DNA of 64,000 nucleotides, taken from Spironucleus salmonicida (Eukaryota). The stretch is from the NCBI RefSeq assembly GCF_000497125.1, contig NC_090602.1:1302001-1366000 (forward strand), written 5' to 3'. Of the stretch, positions 1 through 10,853 are shown piece by piece. Position numbers and translations under genes: made by a program. Under the pieces are notes generated by a model. That model was given only the letters and a program-made list of their open reading frames with translations. It had not been told where the DNA came from and made no database searches. Position 1 is the stretch's first letter, and each line of letters starts with the position of its first letter.

Positions 1-281
1 ATATCATATTAGATATCGGATAGAAACTTAGACGAACTCGTCAAAACCGGTATAATATTGTCCACTAGGGCCTTGTTAAGCTGTTCTAGCGTCGTTACCC
101 GACGTGCAGTTACCCCCTCTACCTCGAATCCTCCTACAAAAACCGCTTAGCAAAAGCTTTTCATTCGCTTTAGCGAAGTGGGATGATCTAGTTCTAGGCA
201 GAATGCTGTGATTTATAACCGGGACAGGTAGATGGTCACGGCAGTGCCAACCTCTCCCGCACCGATTACAAGGACTCTCAT
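1..281 (-). CDS. yqeB: YqeB-family protein, 5' part (runs off the window)
   Basis: ATG at 281, MRVLVIGAGEVGTAVTIYLSRLQ...; identical to the complete copies. Confidence 0.8.
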
Positions 282-899
282 TCGAAATAATATATGAATC
301 AATATATAATAACGGCTTCCACTTACATCTGAAATTAAACATAGAATGCCTGCACATTCACTGCAATGATTTCCACCATTATTGACTCCTATGTACAATT
401 CAACGATGCAAAATTCTATCCCACAAATTGATTTTATTATCCGTTGATTGTGTTAGCTCAACTTTGTTACTGCATTTAAGTCTTATAGGCAACATTGTTG
501 AAGCCCTTAATATTTGTGAAGATTTGAAGCCATGATCGTAATTTCACATTAGTAACTAACGCAATAGTGTCCTTTTAGGCTTATAGAAATATATGATATA
601 TAGAAAACAAATGACAGGTGGTTCCAGTTAAAATAATGGCCTTAATTTATATTTAAGCTTCATACTGGAGAAAAGTTAGAGTTTTTCATTTTATTTATTT
701 ATACTAGCCGTTTATGAAATTTATATCGTACTCCTGACTGGCACTCGTAATTTTCGATATTTAATCATCATTTTATCTGTGCCTCCAATGATAGAGCTTA
801 AACACTACTGTTACATTTTTTGTTCTTTGGCAATTTTCTCAAACCGATGAATTTATCCTGCTACACACCTTCACACCCTCAGCATCAGTTGAGGAGCGC

Positions 900-1100
900 G
901 TGATCCGGCCGCTGCTGGACTGCACGCAGGGGGACGTGCTGGCATTCACCGGTGCGTTCGCGGTGGAATTCGTGAGCTCCGACGCAGCCGAGTGCGACTT
1001 CGCTGCACGGGGAGGTGGAAAGGAGAGCGAAAGGGGGAGAATCCGGCGGTTCCTAGACGGGCGCGACTACGGCTGGTTCGCGGAAATGGGCTATGAATGA
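900..1100 (+). pseudogene. 3' fragment of a TtcA/Ctu1-like tRNA thiolation gene (copy 1)
   Basis: VIRPLLDCTQGDVLAF...EC...SERGRIRRFL resembles the TtcA C-terminal IRPL region. No upstream SGGKDS PP-loop; in-frame TGA at 789. Confidence 0.55.
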
Positions 1101-1113
1101 GAAACGGGTACAA

Positions 1114-1464
1114 TCACTTGTTGGAGGAATACTTGGAGATGGCAGACTCGGCGTGAGACTGGGCGGCCTTGTAGAGCTCACCACCGTTAAGCACGAGTTT
1201 GGCGGCAGCGGTGATCTGGGACTTACCAATGGTGTTACGGTGGTGCTGTCTGGCGATCTGGGAGGCTTCGGAGGCGATTCTCTCGAAGAGATCGTTGACC
1301 ATGGAGTTCATGGCGGCCATGCACTGCTTGGAGACACCACAGTCAGCGTCCTTGCCCTGGAAGGCATCAGAGGCCTTGAGAACCTTGAGGATGTAGGTAC
1401 CATAGGTCTCTACTCTCTTCATCTTACGGGTAGCTTTGGCTTCAGGGGCGGATCCAAGGGACAT
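1114..1464 (-). CDS. H2B: Histone H2B (copy 1)
   Basis: ETYGTYILKVLK, MNSMVNDLFERIASEAS, TI..QI..AAKLVL.GEL.K.A, AISKY; 116 aa; ends AAG TGA. Confidence 0.97.
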   Translation of the reverse strand: MSLGSAPEAKATRKMKRVETYGTYILKVLKASDAFQGKDADCGVSKQCMAAMNSMVNDLFERIASEASQIARQHHRNTIGKSQITAAAKLVLNGGELYKAAQSHAESAISKYSSNK

Positions 1465-1472
1465 TTTAAATA

Positions 1473-1481
1473 GTGGAGTGG
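1473..1481 (-). promoter_or_regulatory. C-rich promoter motif CCACTCCAC upstream of H2B
   Basis: Lies 8 nt upstream of the ATG. CCACTCC also precedes RPS20, endosulfine, poly(A) polymerase and the genes at 32327 and 45226. Confidence 0.65.
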
Positions 1482-1691
1482 AAATGCCAATCTAGGCACC
1501 TGGGCCTAGTCACTTGCGCAGGCTCACTTTTGCGAAATCACTATACTCCACATTATTATATTGCATATACCTCGTATACTCGGGAGAAAGCGAAATAGCC
1601 CAAAGATGGCTGAGTCTACTTTTGTGTACACTTCATCCTACAACGGCGACTTAATGACTTCGCACCTAGGCAGGCAGCCTCCAGTGGTCAG

Positions 1692-2531
1692 TCAGATAGC
1701 ACGATCTCTGATGCTCTACCACGCCATTAACTCACAAATCACGCTGCCGGCGACACACCTGGCGCGCGTGCTCAAGGTGTACACGAACGCAGCATCGCAT
1801 AGCGGGTCGATTTCACACAGCAGCTGGTTCTTTAAGACTACAGCCCCTGTCTCAAGTAGACCTAACAGCAGTCCAGATACAGGCGCACATACGCTGAGCT
1901 GGCCTCGGCGATGGGTCACAGCATCCATTTTTCGGTTGAGGCACTCGCCGGACTCTGTCTACAGGCCCCCCTCATCAGACTCAATGACTCCTATCGGGTC
2001 TCCTATTTTTACAAACTCTCCAATCCCTCGTTTTGCTGTCCACCTCCCGCCGATCTCAGCGCGGGCCTCGCGTTCGAATGAATATCCACCGATTAGCTCT
2101 GGCTCCGACATTTTCTACTGTTTCTAGCGTGTTCCCGCATAGCGCCCCGACTTTTAGATTACAATACTGGCCGTTAGACCCTCTATTCCCCAATTGGTTG
2201 AAATTGTCACCCCTTGGAATTTGAATTGGGTGGGTGCGGTGTTAACAACAATATCATATTAGATATCGGATAGAAACTTAGACGAACTCGTCAAAACCGG
2301 TATAATATTGTCCACTAGGGCCTTGTTAAGCTGTTCTAGCGTCGTTACCCGACGTGCAGTTACCCCCTCTACCTCGAATCCTCCTACAAAAACCGCTTAG
2401 CAAAAGCTTTTCATTCGCTTTAGCGAAGTGGGATGATCTAGTTCTAGGCAGAATGCTGTGATTTATAACCGGGACAGGTAGATGGTCACGGCAGTGCCAA
2501 CCTCTCCCGCACCGATTACAAGGACTCTCAT
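1692..2531 (-). CDS. yqeB: YqeB-family selenium-dependent molybdenum hydroxylase system protein, 279 aa
   Basis: Continuous frame with TAR=Gln. N-terminal VLVIGAGEVGTAV, LELDHPTSLKR..SFCQAV..G..EVEGVTA; C-terminal LIGGYSFERE.RA, IGEFVKIGDPIG, APVSGLLLGLL, EIDP, TLSTRARCVAGSV. Confidence 0.82.
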
Positions 2532-3149
2532 TCGAAATAATATATGAATCAATATATAATAACGGCTTCCACTTACATCTGAAATTAAACATAGAATGCC
2601 TGCACATTCACTGCAATGATTTCCACCATTATTGACTCCTATGTACAATTCAACGATGCAAAATTCTATCCCACAAATTGATTTTATTATCCGTTGATTG
2701 TGTTAGCTCAACTTTGTTACTGCATTTAAGTCTTATAGGCAACATTGTTGAAGCCCTTAATATTTGTGAAGATTTGAAGCCATGATCGTAATTTCACATT
2801 AGTAACTAACGCAATAGTGTCCTTTTAGGCTTATAGAAATATATGATATATAGAAAACAAATGACAGGTGGTTCCAGTTAAAATAATGGCCTTAATTTAT
2901 ATTTAAGCTTCATACTGGAGAAAAGTTAGAGTTTTTCATTTTATTTATTTATACTAGCCGTTTATGAAATTTATATCGTACTCCTGACTGGCACTCGTAA
3001 TTTTCGATATTTAATCATCATTTTATCTGTGCCTCCAATGATAGAGCTTAAACACTACTGTTACATTTTTTGTTCTTTGGCAATTTTCTCAAACCGATGA
3101 ATTTATCCTGCTACACACCTTCACACCCTCAGCATCAGTTGAGGAGCGC

Positions 3150-3350
3150 GTGATCCGGCCGCTGCTGGACTGCACGCAGGGGGACGTGCTGGCATTCACC
3201 GGTGCGTTCGCGGTGGAATTCGTGAGCTCCGACGCAGCCGAGTGCGACTTCGCTGCACGGGGAGGTGGAAAGGAGAGCGAAAGGGGGAGAATCCGGCGGT
3301 TCCTAGACGGGCGCGACTACGGCTGGTTCGCGGAAATGGGCTATGAATGA
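3150..3350 (+). pseudogene. 3' fragment of a TtcA-like gene (copy 2)
   Basis: Identical to 900-1100. Confidence 0.55.
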
Positions 3351-3363
3351 GAAACGGGTACAA

Positions 3364-3714
3364 TCACTTGTTGGAGGAATACTTGGAGATGGCAGACTCG
3401 GCGTGAGACTGGGCGGCCTTGTAGAGCTCACCACCGTTAAGCACGAGTTTGGCGGCAGCGGTGATCTGGGACTTACCAATGGTGTTACGGTGGTGCTGTC
3501 TGGCGATCTGGGAGGCTTCGGAGGCGATTCTCTCGAAGAGATCGTTGACCATGGAGTTCATGGCGGCCATGCACTGCTTGGAGACACCACAGTCAGCGTC
3601 CTTGCCCTGGAAGGCATCAGAGGCCTTGAGAACCTTGAGGATGTAGGTACCATAGGTCTCTACTCTCTTCATCTTACGGGTAGCTTTGGCTTCAGGGGCG
3701 GATCCAAGGGACAT
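3364..3714 (-). CDS. H2B: Histone H2B (copy 2)
   Basis: Identical to copy 1. Confidence 0.97.
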   Translation of the reverse strand: MSLGSAPEAKATRKMKRVETYGTYILKVLKASDAFQGKDADCGVSKQCMAAMNSMVNDLFERIASEASQIARQHHRNTIGKSQITAAAKLVLNGGELYKAAQSHAESAISKYSSNK

Positions 3715-3941
3715 TTTAAATAGTGGAGTGGAAATGCCAATCTAGGCACCTGGGCCTAGTCACTTGCGCAGGCTCACTTTTGCGAAATCACTATACTCCA
3801 CATTATTATATTGCATATACCTCGTATACTCGGGAGAAAGCGAAATAGCCCAAAGATGGCTGAGTCTACTTTTGTGTACACTTCATCCTACAACGGCGAC
3901 TTAATGACTTCGCACCTAGGCAGGCAGCCTCCAGTGGTCAG

Positions 3942-4781
3942 TCAGATAGCACGATCTCTGATGCTCTACCACGCCATTAACTCACAAATCACGCTGCCGG
4001 CGACACACCTGGCGCGCGTGCTCAAGGTGTACACGAACGCAGCATCGCATAGCGGGTCGATTTCACACAGCAGCTGGTTCTTTAAGACTACAGCCCCTGT
4101 CTCAAGTAGACCTAACAGCAGTCCAGATACAGGCGCACATACGCTGAGCTGGCCTCGGCGATGGGTCACAGCATCCATTTTTCGGTTGAGGCACTCGCCG
4201 GACTCTGTCTACAGGCCCCCCTCATCAGACTCAATGACTCCTATCGGGTCTCCTATTTTTACAAACTCTCCAATCCCTCGTTTTGCTGTCCACCTCCCGC
4301 CGATCTCAGCGCGGGCCTCGCGTTCGAATGAATATCCACCGATTAGCTCTGGCTCCGACATTTTCTACTGTTTCTAGCGTGTTCCCGCATAGCGCCCCGA
4401 CTTTTAGATTACAATACTGGCCGTTAGACCCTCTATTCCCCAATTGGTTGAAATTGTCACCCCTTGGAATTTGAATTGGGTGGGTGCGGTGTTAACAACA
4501 ATATCATATTAGATATCGGATAGAAACTTAGACGAACTCGTCAAAACCGGTATAATATTGTCCACTAGGGCCTTGTTAAGCTGTTCTAGCGTCGTTACCC
4601 GACGTGCAGTTACCCCCTCTACCTCGAATCCTCCTACAAAAACCGCTTAGCAAAAGCTTTTCATTCGCTTTAGCGAAGTGGGATGATCTAGTTCTAGGCA
4701 GAATGCTGTGATTTATAACCGGGACAGGTAGATGGTCACGGCAGTGCCAACCTCTCCCGCACCGATTACAAGGACTCTCAT
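3942..4781 (-). CDS. yqeB: YqeB-family protein
   Basis: Identical to 1692-2531. Confidence 0.82.
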
Positions 4782-5399
4782 TCGAAATAATATATGAATC
4801 AATATATAATAACGGCTTCCACTTACATCTGAAATTAAACATAGAATGCCTGCACATTCACTGCAATGATTTCCACCATTATTGACTCCTATGTACAATT
4901 CAACGATGCAAAATTCTATCCCACAAATTGATTTTATTATCCGTTGATTGTGTTAGCTCAACTTTGTTACTGCATTTAAGTCTTATAGGCAACATTGTTG
5001 AAGCCCTTAATATTTGTGAAGATTTGAAGCCATGATCGTAATTTCACATTAGTAACTAACGCAATAGTGTCCTTTTAGGCTTATAGAAATATATGATATA
5101 TAGAAAACAAATGACAGGTGGTTCCAGTTAAAATAATGGCCTTAATTTATATTTAAGCTTCATACTGGAGAAAAGTTAGAGTTTTTCATTTTATTTATTT
5201 ATACTAGCCGTTTATGAAATTTATATCGTACTCCTGACTGGCACTCGTAATTTTCGATATTTAATCATCATTTTATCTGTGCCTCCAATGATAGAGCTTA
5301 AACACTACTGTTACATTTTTTGTTCTTTGGCAATTTTCTCAAACCGATGAATTTATCCTGCTACACACCTTCACACCCTCAGCATCAGTTGAGGAGCGC

Positions 5400-5600
5400 G
5401 TGATCCGGCCGCTGCTGGACTGCACGCAGGGGGACGTGCTGGCATTCACCGGTGCGTTCGCGGTGGAATTCGTGAGCTCCGACGCAGCCGAGTGCGACTT
5501 CGCTGCACGGGGAGGTGGAAAGGAGAGCGAAAGGGGGAGAATCCGGCGGTTCCTAGACGGGCGCGACTACGGCTGGTTCGCGGAAATGGGCTATGAATGA
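5400..5600 (+). pseudogene. 3' fragment of a TtcA-like gene (copy 3)
   Basis: Identical to 900-1100. Confidence 0.55.
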
Positions 5601-5613
5601 GAAACGGGTACAA

Positions 5614-5964
5614 TCACTTGTTGGAGGAATACTTGGAGATGGCAGACTCGGCGTGAGACTGGGCGGCCTTGTAGAGCTCACCACCGTTAAGCACGAGTTT
5701 GGCGGCAGCGGTGATCTGGGACTTACCAATGGTGTTACGGTGGTGCTGTCTGGCGATCTGGGAGGCTTCGGAGGCGATTCTCTCGAAGAGATCGTTGACC
5801 ATGGAGTTCATGGCGGCCATGCACTGCTTGGAGACACCACAGTCAGCGTCCTTGCCCTGGAAGGCATCAGAGGCCTTGAGAACCTTGAGGATGTAGGTAC
5901 CATAGGTCTCTACTCTCTTCATCTTACGGGTAGCTTTGGCTTCAGGGGCGGATCCAAGGGACAT
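5614..5964 (-). CDS. H2B: Histone H2B (copy 3)
   Basis: Identical to copy 1. Confidence 0.97.
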   Translation of the reverse strand: MSLGSAPEAKATRKMKRVETYGTYILKVLKASDAFQGKDADCGVSKQCMAAMNSMVNDLFERIASEASQIARQHHRNTIGKSQITAAAKLVLNGGELYKAAQSHAESAISKYSSNK

Positions 5965-6191
5965 TTTAAATAGTGGAGTGGAAATGCCAATCTAGGCACC
6001 TGGGCCTAGTCACTTGCGCAGGCTCACTTTTGCGAAATCACTATACTCCACATTATTATATTGCATATACCTCGTATACTCGGGAGAAAGCGAAATAGCC
6101 CAAAGATGGCTGAGTCTACTTTTGTGTACACTTCATCCTACAACGGCGACTTAATGACTTCGCACCTAGGCAGGCAGCCTCCAGTGGTCAG

Positions 6192-7031
6192 TCAGATAGC
6201 ACGATCTCTGATGCTCTACCACGCCATTAACTCACAAATCACGCTGCCGGCGACACACCTGGCGCGCGTGCTCAAGGTGTACACGAACGCAGCATCGCAT
6301 AGCGGGTCGATTTCACACAGCAGCTGGTTCTTTAAGACTACAGCCCCTGTCTCAAGTAGACCTAACAGCAGTCCAGATACAGGCGCACATACGCTGAGCT
6401 GGCCTCGGCGATGGGTCACAGCATCCATTTTTCGGTTGAGGCACTCGCCGGACTCTGTCTACAGGCCCCCCTCATCAGACTCAATGACTCCTATCGGGTC
6501 TCCTATTTTTACAAACTCTCCAATCCCTCGTTTTGCTGTCCACCTCCCGCCGATCTCAGCGCGGGCCTCGCGTTCGAATGAATATCCACCGATTAGCTCT
6601 GGCTCCGACATTTTCTACTGTTTCTAGCGTGTTCCCGCATAGCGCCCCGACTTTTAGATTACAATACTGGCCGTTAGACCCTCTATTCCCCAATTGGTTG
6701 AAATTGTCACCCCTTGGAATTTGAATTGGGTGGGTGCGGTGTTAACAACAATATCATATTAGATATCGGATAGAAACTTAGACGAACTCGTCAAAACCGG
6801 TATAATATTGTCCACTAGGGCCTTGTTAAGCTGTTCTAGCGTCGTTACCCGACGTGCAGTTACCCCCTCTACCTCGAATCCTCCTACAAAAACCGCTTAG
6901 CAAAAGCTTTTCATTCGCTTTAGCGAAGTGGGATGATCTAGTTCTAGGCAGAATGCTGTGATTTATAACCGGGACAGGTAGATGGTCACGGCAGTGCCAA
7001 CCTCTCCCGCACCGATTACAAGGACTCTCAT
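6192..7031 (-). CDS. yqeB: YqeB-family protein
   Basis: Identical to 1692-2531. Confidence 0.82.
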
Positions 7032-7649
7032 TCGAAATAATATATGAATCAATATATAATAACGGCTTCCACTTACATCTGAAATTAAACATAGAATGCC
7101 TGCACATTCACTGCAATGATTTCCACCATTATTGACTCCTATGTACAATTCAACGATGCAAAATTCTATCCCACAAATTGATTTTATTATCCGTTGATTG
7201 TGTTAGCTCAACTTTGTTACTGCATTTAAGTCTTATAGGCAACATTGTTGAAGCCCTTAATATTTGTGAAGATTTGAAGCCATGATCGTAATTTCACATT
7301 AGTAACTAACGCAATAGTGTCCTTTTAGGCTTATAGAAATATATGATATATAGAAAACAAATGACAGGTGGTTCCAGTTAAAATAATGGCCTTAATTTAT
7401 ATTTAAGCTTCATACTGGAGAAAAGTTAGAGTTTTTCATTTTATTTATTTATACTAGCCGTTTATGAAATTTATATCGTACTCCTGACTGGCACTCGTAA
7501 TTTTCGATATTTAATCATCATTTTATCTGTGCCTCCAATGATAGAGCTTAAACACTACTGTTACATTTTTTGTTCTTTGGCAATTTTCTCAAACCGATGA
7601 ATTTATCCTGCTACACACCTTCACACCCTCAGCATCAGTTGAGGAGCGC

Positions 7650-7850
7650 GTGATCCGGCCGCTGCTGGACTGCACGCAGGGGGACGTGCTGGCATTCACC
7701 GGTGCGTTCGCGGTGGAATTCGTGAGCTCCGACGCAGCCGAGTGCGACTTCGCTGCACGGGGAGGTGGAAAGGAGAGCGAAAGGGGGAGAATCCGGCGGT
7801 TCCTAGACGGGCGCGACTACGGCTGGTTCGCGGAAATGGGCTATGAATGA
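7650..7850 (+). pseudogene. 3' fragment of a TtcA-like gene (copy 4)
   Basis: Identical to 900-1100. Confidence 0.55.
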
Positions 7851-7863
7851 GAAACGGGTACAA

Positions 7864-8214
7864 TCACTTGTTGGAGGAATACTTGGAGATGGCAGACTCG
7901 GCGTGAGACTGGGCGGCCTTGTAGAGCTCACCACCGTTAAGCACGAGTTTGGCGGCAGCGGTGATCTGGGACTTACCAATGGTGTTACGGTGGTGCTGTC
8001 TGGCGATCTGGGAGGCTTCGGAGGCGATTCTCTCGAAGAGATCGTTGACCATGGAGTTCATGGCGGCCATGCACTGCTTGGAGACACCACAGTCAGCGTC
8101 CTTGCCCTGGAAGGCATCAGAGGCCTTGAGAACCTTGAGGATGTAGGTACCATAGGTCTCTACTCTCTTCATCTTACGGGTAGCTTTGGCTTCAGGGGCG
8201 GATCCAAGGGACAT
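7864..8214 (-). CDS. H2B: Histone H2B (copy 4)
   Basis: Identical to copy 1. Confidence 0.97.
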   Translation of the reverse strand: MSLGSAPEAKATRKMKRVETYGTYILKVLKASDAFQGKDADCGVSKQCMAAMNSMVNDLFERIASEASQIARQHHRNTIGKSQITAAAKLVLNGGELYKAAQSHAESAISKYSSNK

Positions 8215-8441
8215 TTTAAATAGTGGAGTGGAAATGCCAATCTAGGCACCTGGGCCTAGTCACTTGCGCAGGCTCACTTTTGCGAAATCACTATACTCCA
8301 CATTATTATATTGCATATACCTCGTATACTCGGGAGAAAGCGAAATAGCCCAAAGATGGCTGAGTCTACTTTTGTGTACACTTCATCCTACAACGGCGAC
8401 TTAATGACTTCGCACCTAGGCAGGCAGCCTCCAGTGGTCAG

Positions 8442-9281
8442 TCAGATAGCACGATCTCTGATGCTCTACCACGCCATTAACTCACAAATCACGCTGCCGG
8501 CGACACACCTGGCGCGCGTGCTCAAGGTGTACACGAACGCAGCATCGCATAGCGGGTCGATTTCACACAGCAGCTGGTTCTTTAAGACTACAGCCCCTGT
8601 CTCAAGTAGACCTAACAGCAGTCCAGATACAGGCGCACATACGCTGAGCTGGCCTCGGCGATGGGTCACAGCATCCATTTTTCGGTTGAGGCACTCGCCG
8701 GACTCTGTCTACAGGCCCCCCTCATCAGACTCAATGACTCCTATCGGGTCTCCTATTTTTACAAACTCTCCAATCCCTCGTTTTGCTGTCCACCTCCCGC
8801 CGATCTCAGCGCGGGCCTCGCGTTCGAATGAATATCCACCGATTAGCTCTGGCTCCGACATTTTCTACTGTTTCTAGCGTGTTCCCGCATAGCGCCCCGA
8901 CTTTTAGATTACAATACTGGCCGTTAGACCCTCTATTCCCCAATTGGTTGAAATTGTCACCCCTTGGAATTTGAATTGGGTGGGTGCGGTGTTAACAACA
9001 ATATCATATTAGATATCGGATAGAAACTTAGACGAACTCGTCAAAACCGGTATAATATTGTCCACTAGGGCCTTGTTAAGCTGTTCTAGCGTCGTTACCC
9101 GACGTGCAGTTACCCCCTCTACCTCGAATCCTCCTACAAAAACCGCTTAGCAAAAGCTTTTCATTCGCTTTAGCGAAGTGGGATGATCTAGTTCTAGGCA
9201 GAATGCTGTGATTTATAACCGGGACAGGTAGATGGTCACGGCAGTGCCAACCTCTCCCGCACCGATTACAAGGACTCTCAT
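8442..9281 (-). CDS. yqeB: YqeB-family protein (terminal copy, unique upstream flank)
   Basis: Identical CDS; repeat identity stops about 50 bp upstream of its ATG. Confidence 0.82.
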
Positions 9282-10423
9282 TCGAAATAATATATGAATC
9301 AATATATAATAACGGCTTCCAGTTACATCTCGTAATTTTTTTAGAAAATGATAAGCTCAAATGATTTATACTTGTCTCATCCAAATATATTTAGAAAAGG
9401 AAAAATCTATACTCATATGTTAAAGTAATATAGATCTTACTATGAATAGTTTGTTTTACCAGATTGTTGGGTATCTATTTTTGATAAAAACTGTTTTTAT
9501 TAAGATCCTTAAAATATACGATTTTTATTAAAGTAACATTCTTTATAGTATAGAAAAGGTTAAGTAACTTCACATATGTTGTATCATTAAACAATAGCTA
9601 TGGATAATTTTACGATTCCAGAATTATTCAACCAATATCTTCAAAATGATACAACAGCAAAAATACATAAATCGATAAAACAAACTGTATAACAATTTAC
9701 AAAATTTGAATCAAAAAGTAAAAATATTAAAAAACATGATGAAAACTTGACTCCAAAATCGGAACATTTAGATACTTAAGAAAAAAATCATAAAAAGCAT
9801 ATGATTAAAGATTTTTATTAAACTCATATTAAATCATGACGTGAATGCAATTATTTAATATTAATATCAAATAACAGTATGTTATTTTTTTATTTTATCC
9901 TTTGAATTCATGGTGAATTTATTATATGAGTTGTAATAAAGACGCAACAAATTCATATGCATAAAAATAATGCTAATAATAAATAATTTGGGCATTTACT
10001 CATAAGCTTCCGTTTTATTTTAAAGGATATTGATTTTTAAGATCTTAATTGTATTAAATTAATATTAAATTAATAGATTCATATTAAAAATTATAAATAT
10101 GTAGTTATGATGTCAATAAATCTATAAAAACTAGATAGTAAATCTCAAAAAATTATTTGCGAAATACTAATACTATATTATATTAAAAATTAATAATGTT
10201 GTCTTTATAAGTTAAATAATTTTTTAATATAACATTTTAAATAATTAGTATAAAATTGCACACTATAATTTAACTAAATAGAATAACAATACTGAATCAC
10301 TAAATATAATGAAGAAAACCTTATATTTAGTAATAATTTATTACTTTTGTCAATTATTTACTTAAATAAGATTAAAATAATTAATAATAATTGAATATAA
10401 TATTTGATATACTTAATAGTTCA

Positions 10424-10843
10424 ATGAATTAAAGATGCTCATACTGTGCTTCAGAAGATCATACAATAACCTCTTGTCCAAAATAGAAGCAATGCTTTAT
10501 ATGTCTTAAAACATAGTGTAACTGTATTAAATAATATCTTTAAAAAATTGATAAATCATTACTTTAAAAACAATATGTTAATGAATGTTACCGTTGTAAT
10601 GGTGATCATACTATTTTTGAATGCCCTGAAAACGACGAATTATAATAAAAGTTTGATATTTTATCAGCTATTCCTGTTTAGGTAATTTAAAATGGATATT
10701 AGTTTGGTAAAATGTCTCTTAAAAGAAGAGAAGAGAAAAAAGGTAATTAGTTATGCTGTATTTGTGGTGGTACCTCACATGATTCTCGAGGCTGCTAAAG
10801 CTAAAACTTTAGACTACATTTTTCGGAAAGAGTATATAAGTGA
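10424..10843 (+). CDS. CCHC zinc-knuckle protein (possibly Air1/2-like), 139 aa
   Basis: CSYCASEDHTITSC, CYRCNGDHTIFEC, CICGGTSHDSRGC; ends AAG TGA. Confidence 0.8.
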
Positions 10844-10853
10844 GATAACAATT

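Larger units (their letters stand above)
1..9330. repeat. Tandem array of 2250-bp units (more than 4 periods, open at the left edge)
   Basis: Sequence at 1, 2251, 4501, 6751 and 9001 reads identically and the ORF track repeats with period 2250. Identity ends at about 9330 (acttacatct|gaaatt vs agttacatct|cgtaat; one substitution at 9322). Confidence 0.98.

Noticed and set aside
321-460. U1 snRNA-like words (ACTTAC, TGCAC)
   Set aside because: Spacing is too short, there is no stem-loop I motif or clear Sm site, and the words straddle the repeat junction.
282-533. In-frame 84-codon N-terminal extension of YqeB from ATG 533 in internal copies
   Set aside because: Crosses the repeat junction, is absent from the terminal copy, and homology starts at MRVLVIG; open frames are common with a single stop codon.
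555-567. ACTAACGCAATAG resembling a diplomonad branch point/3' splice site
   Set aside because: No matching 5' splice site or sensible downstream exon found.
1093-2224. + strand ORFs of 126, 65, 188 and 63 aa in each repeat unit
   Set aside because: Antisense shadows of H2B and YqeB in GC-rich DNA; no recognisable motifs.
9331-10420. 1.1-kb AT-rich gap flanking the array
   Set aside because: No supportable ORF, repeat or RNA motif seen.
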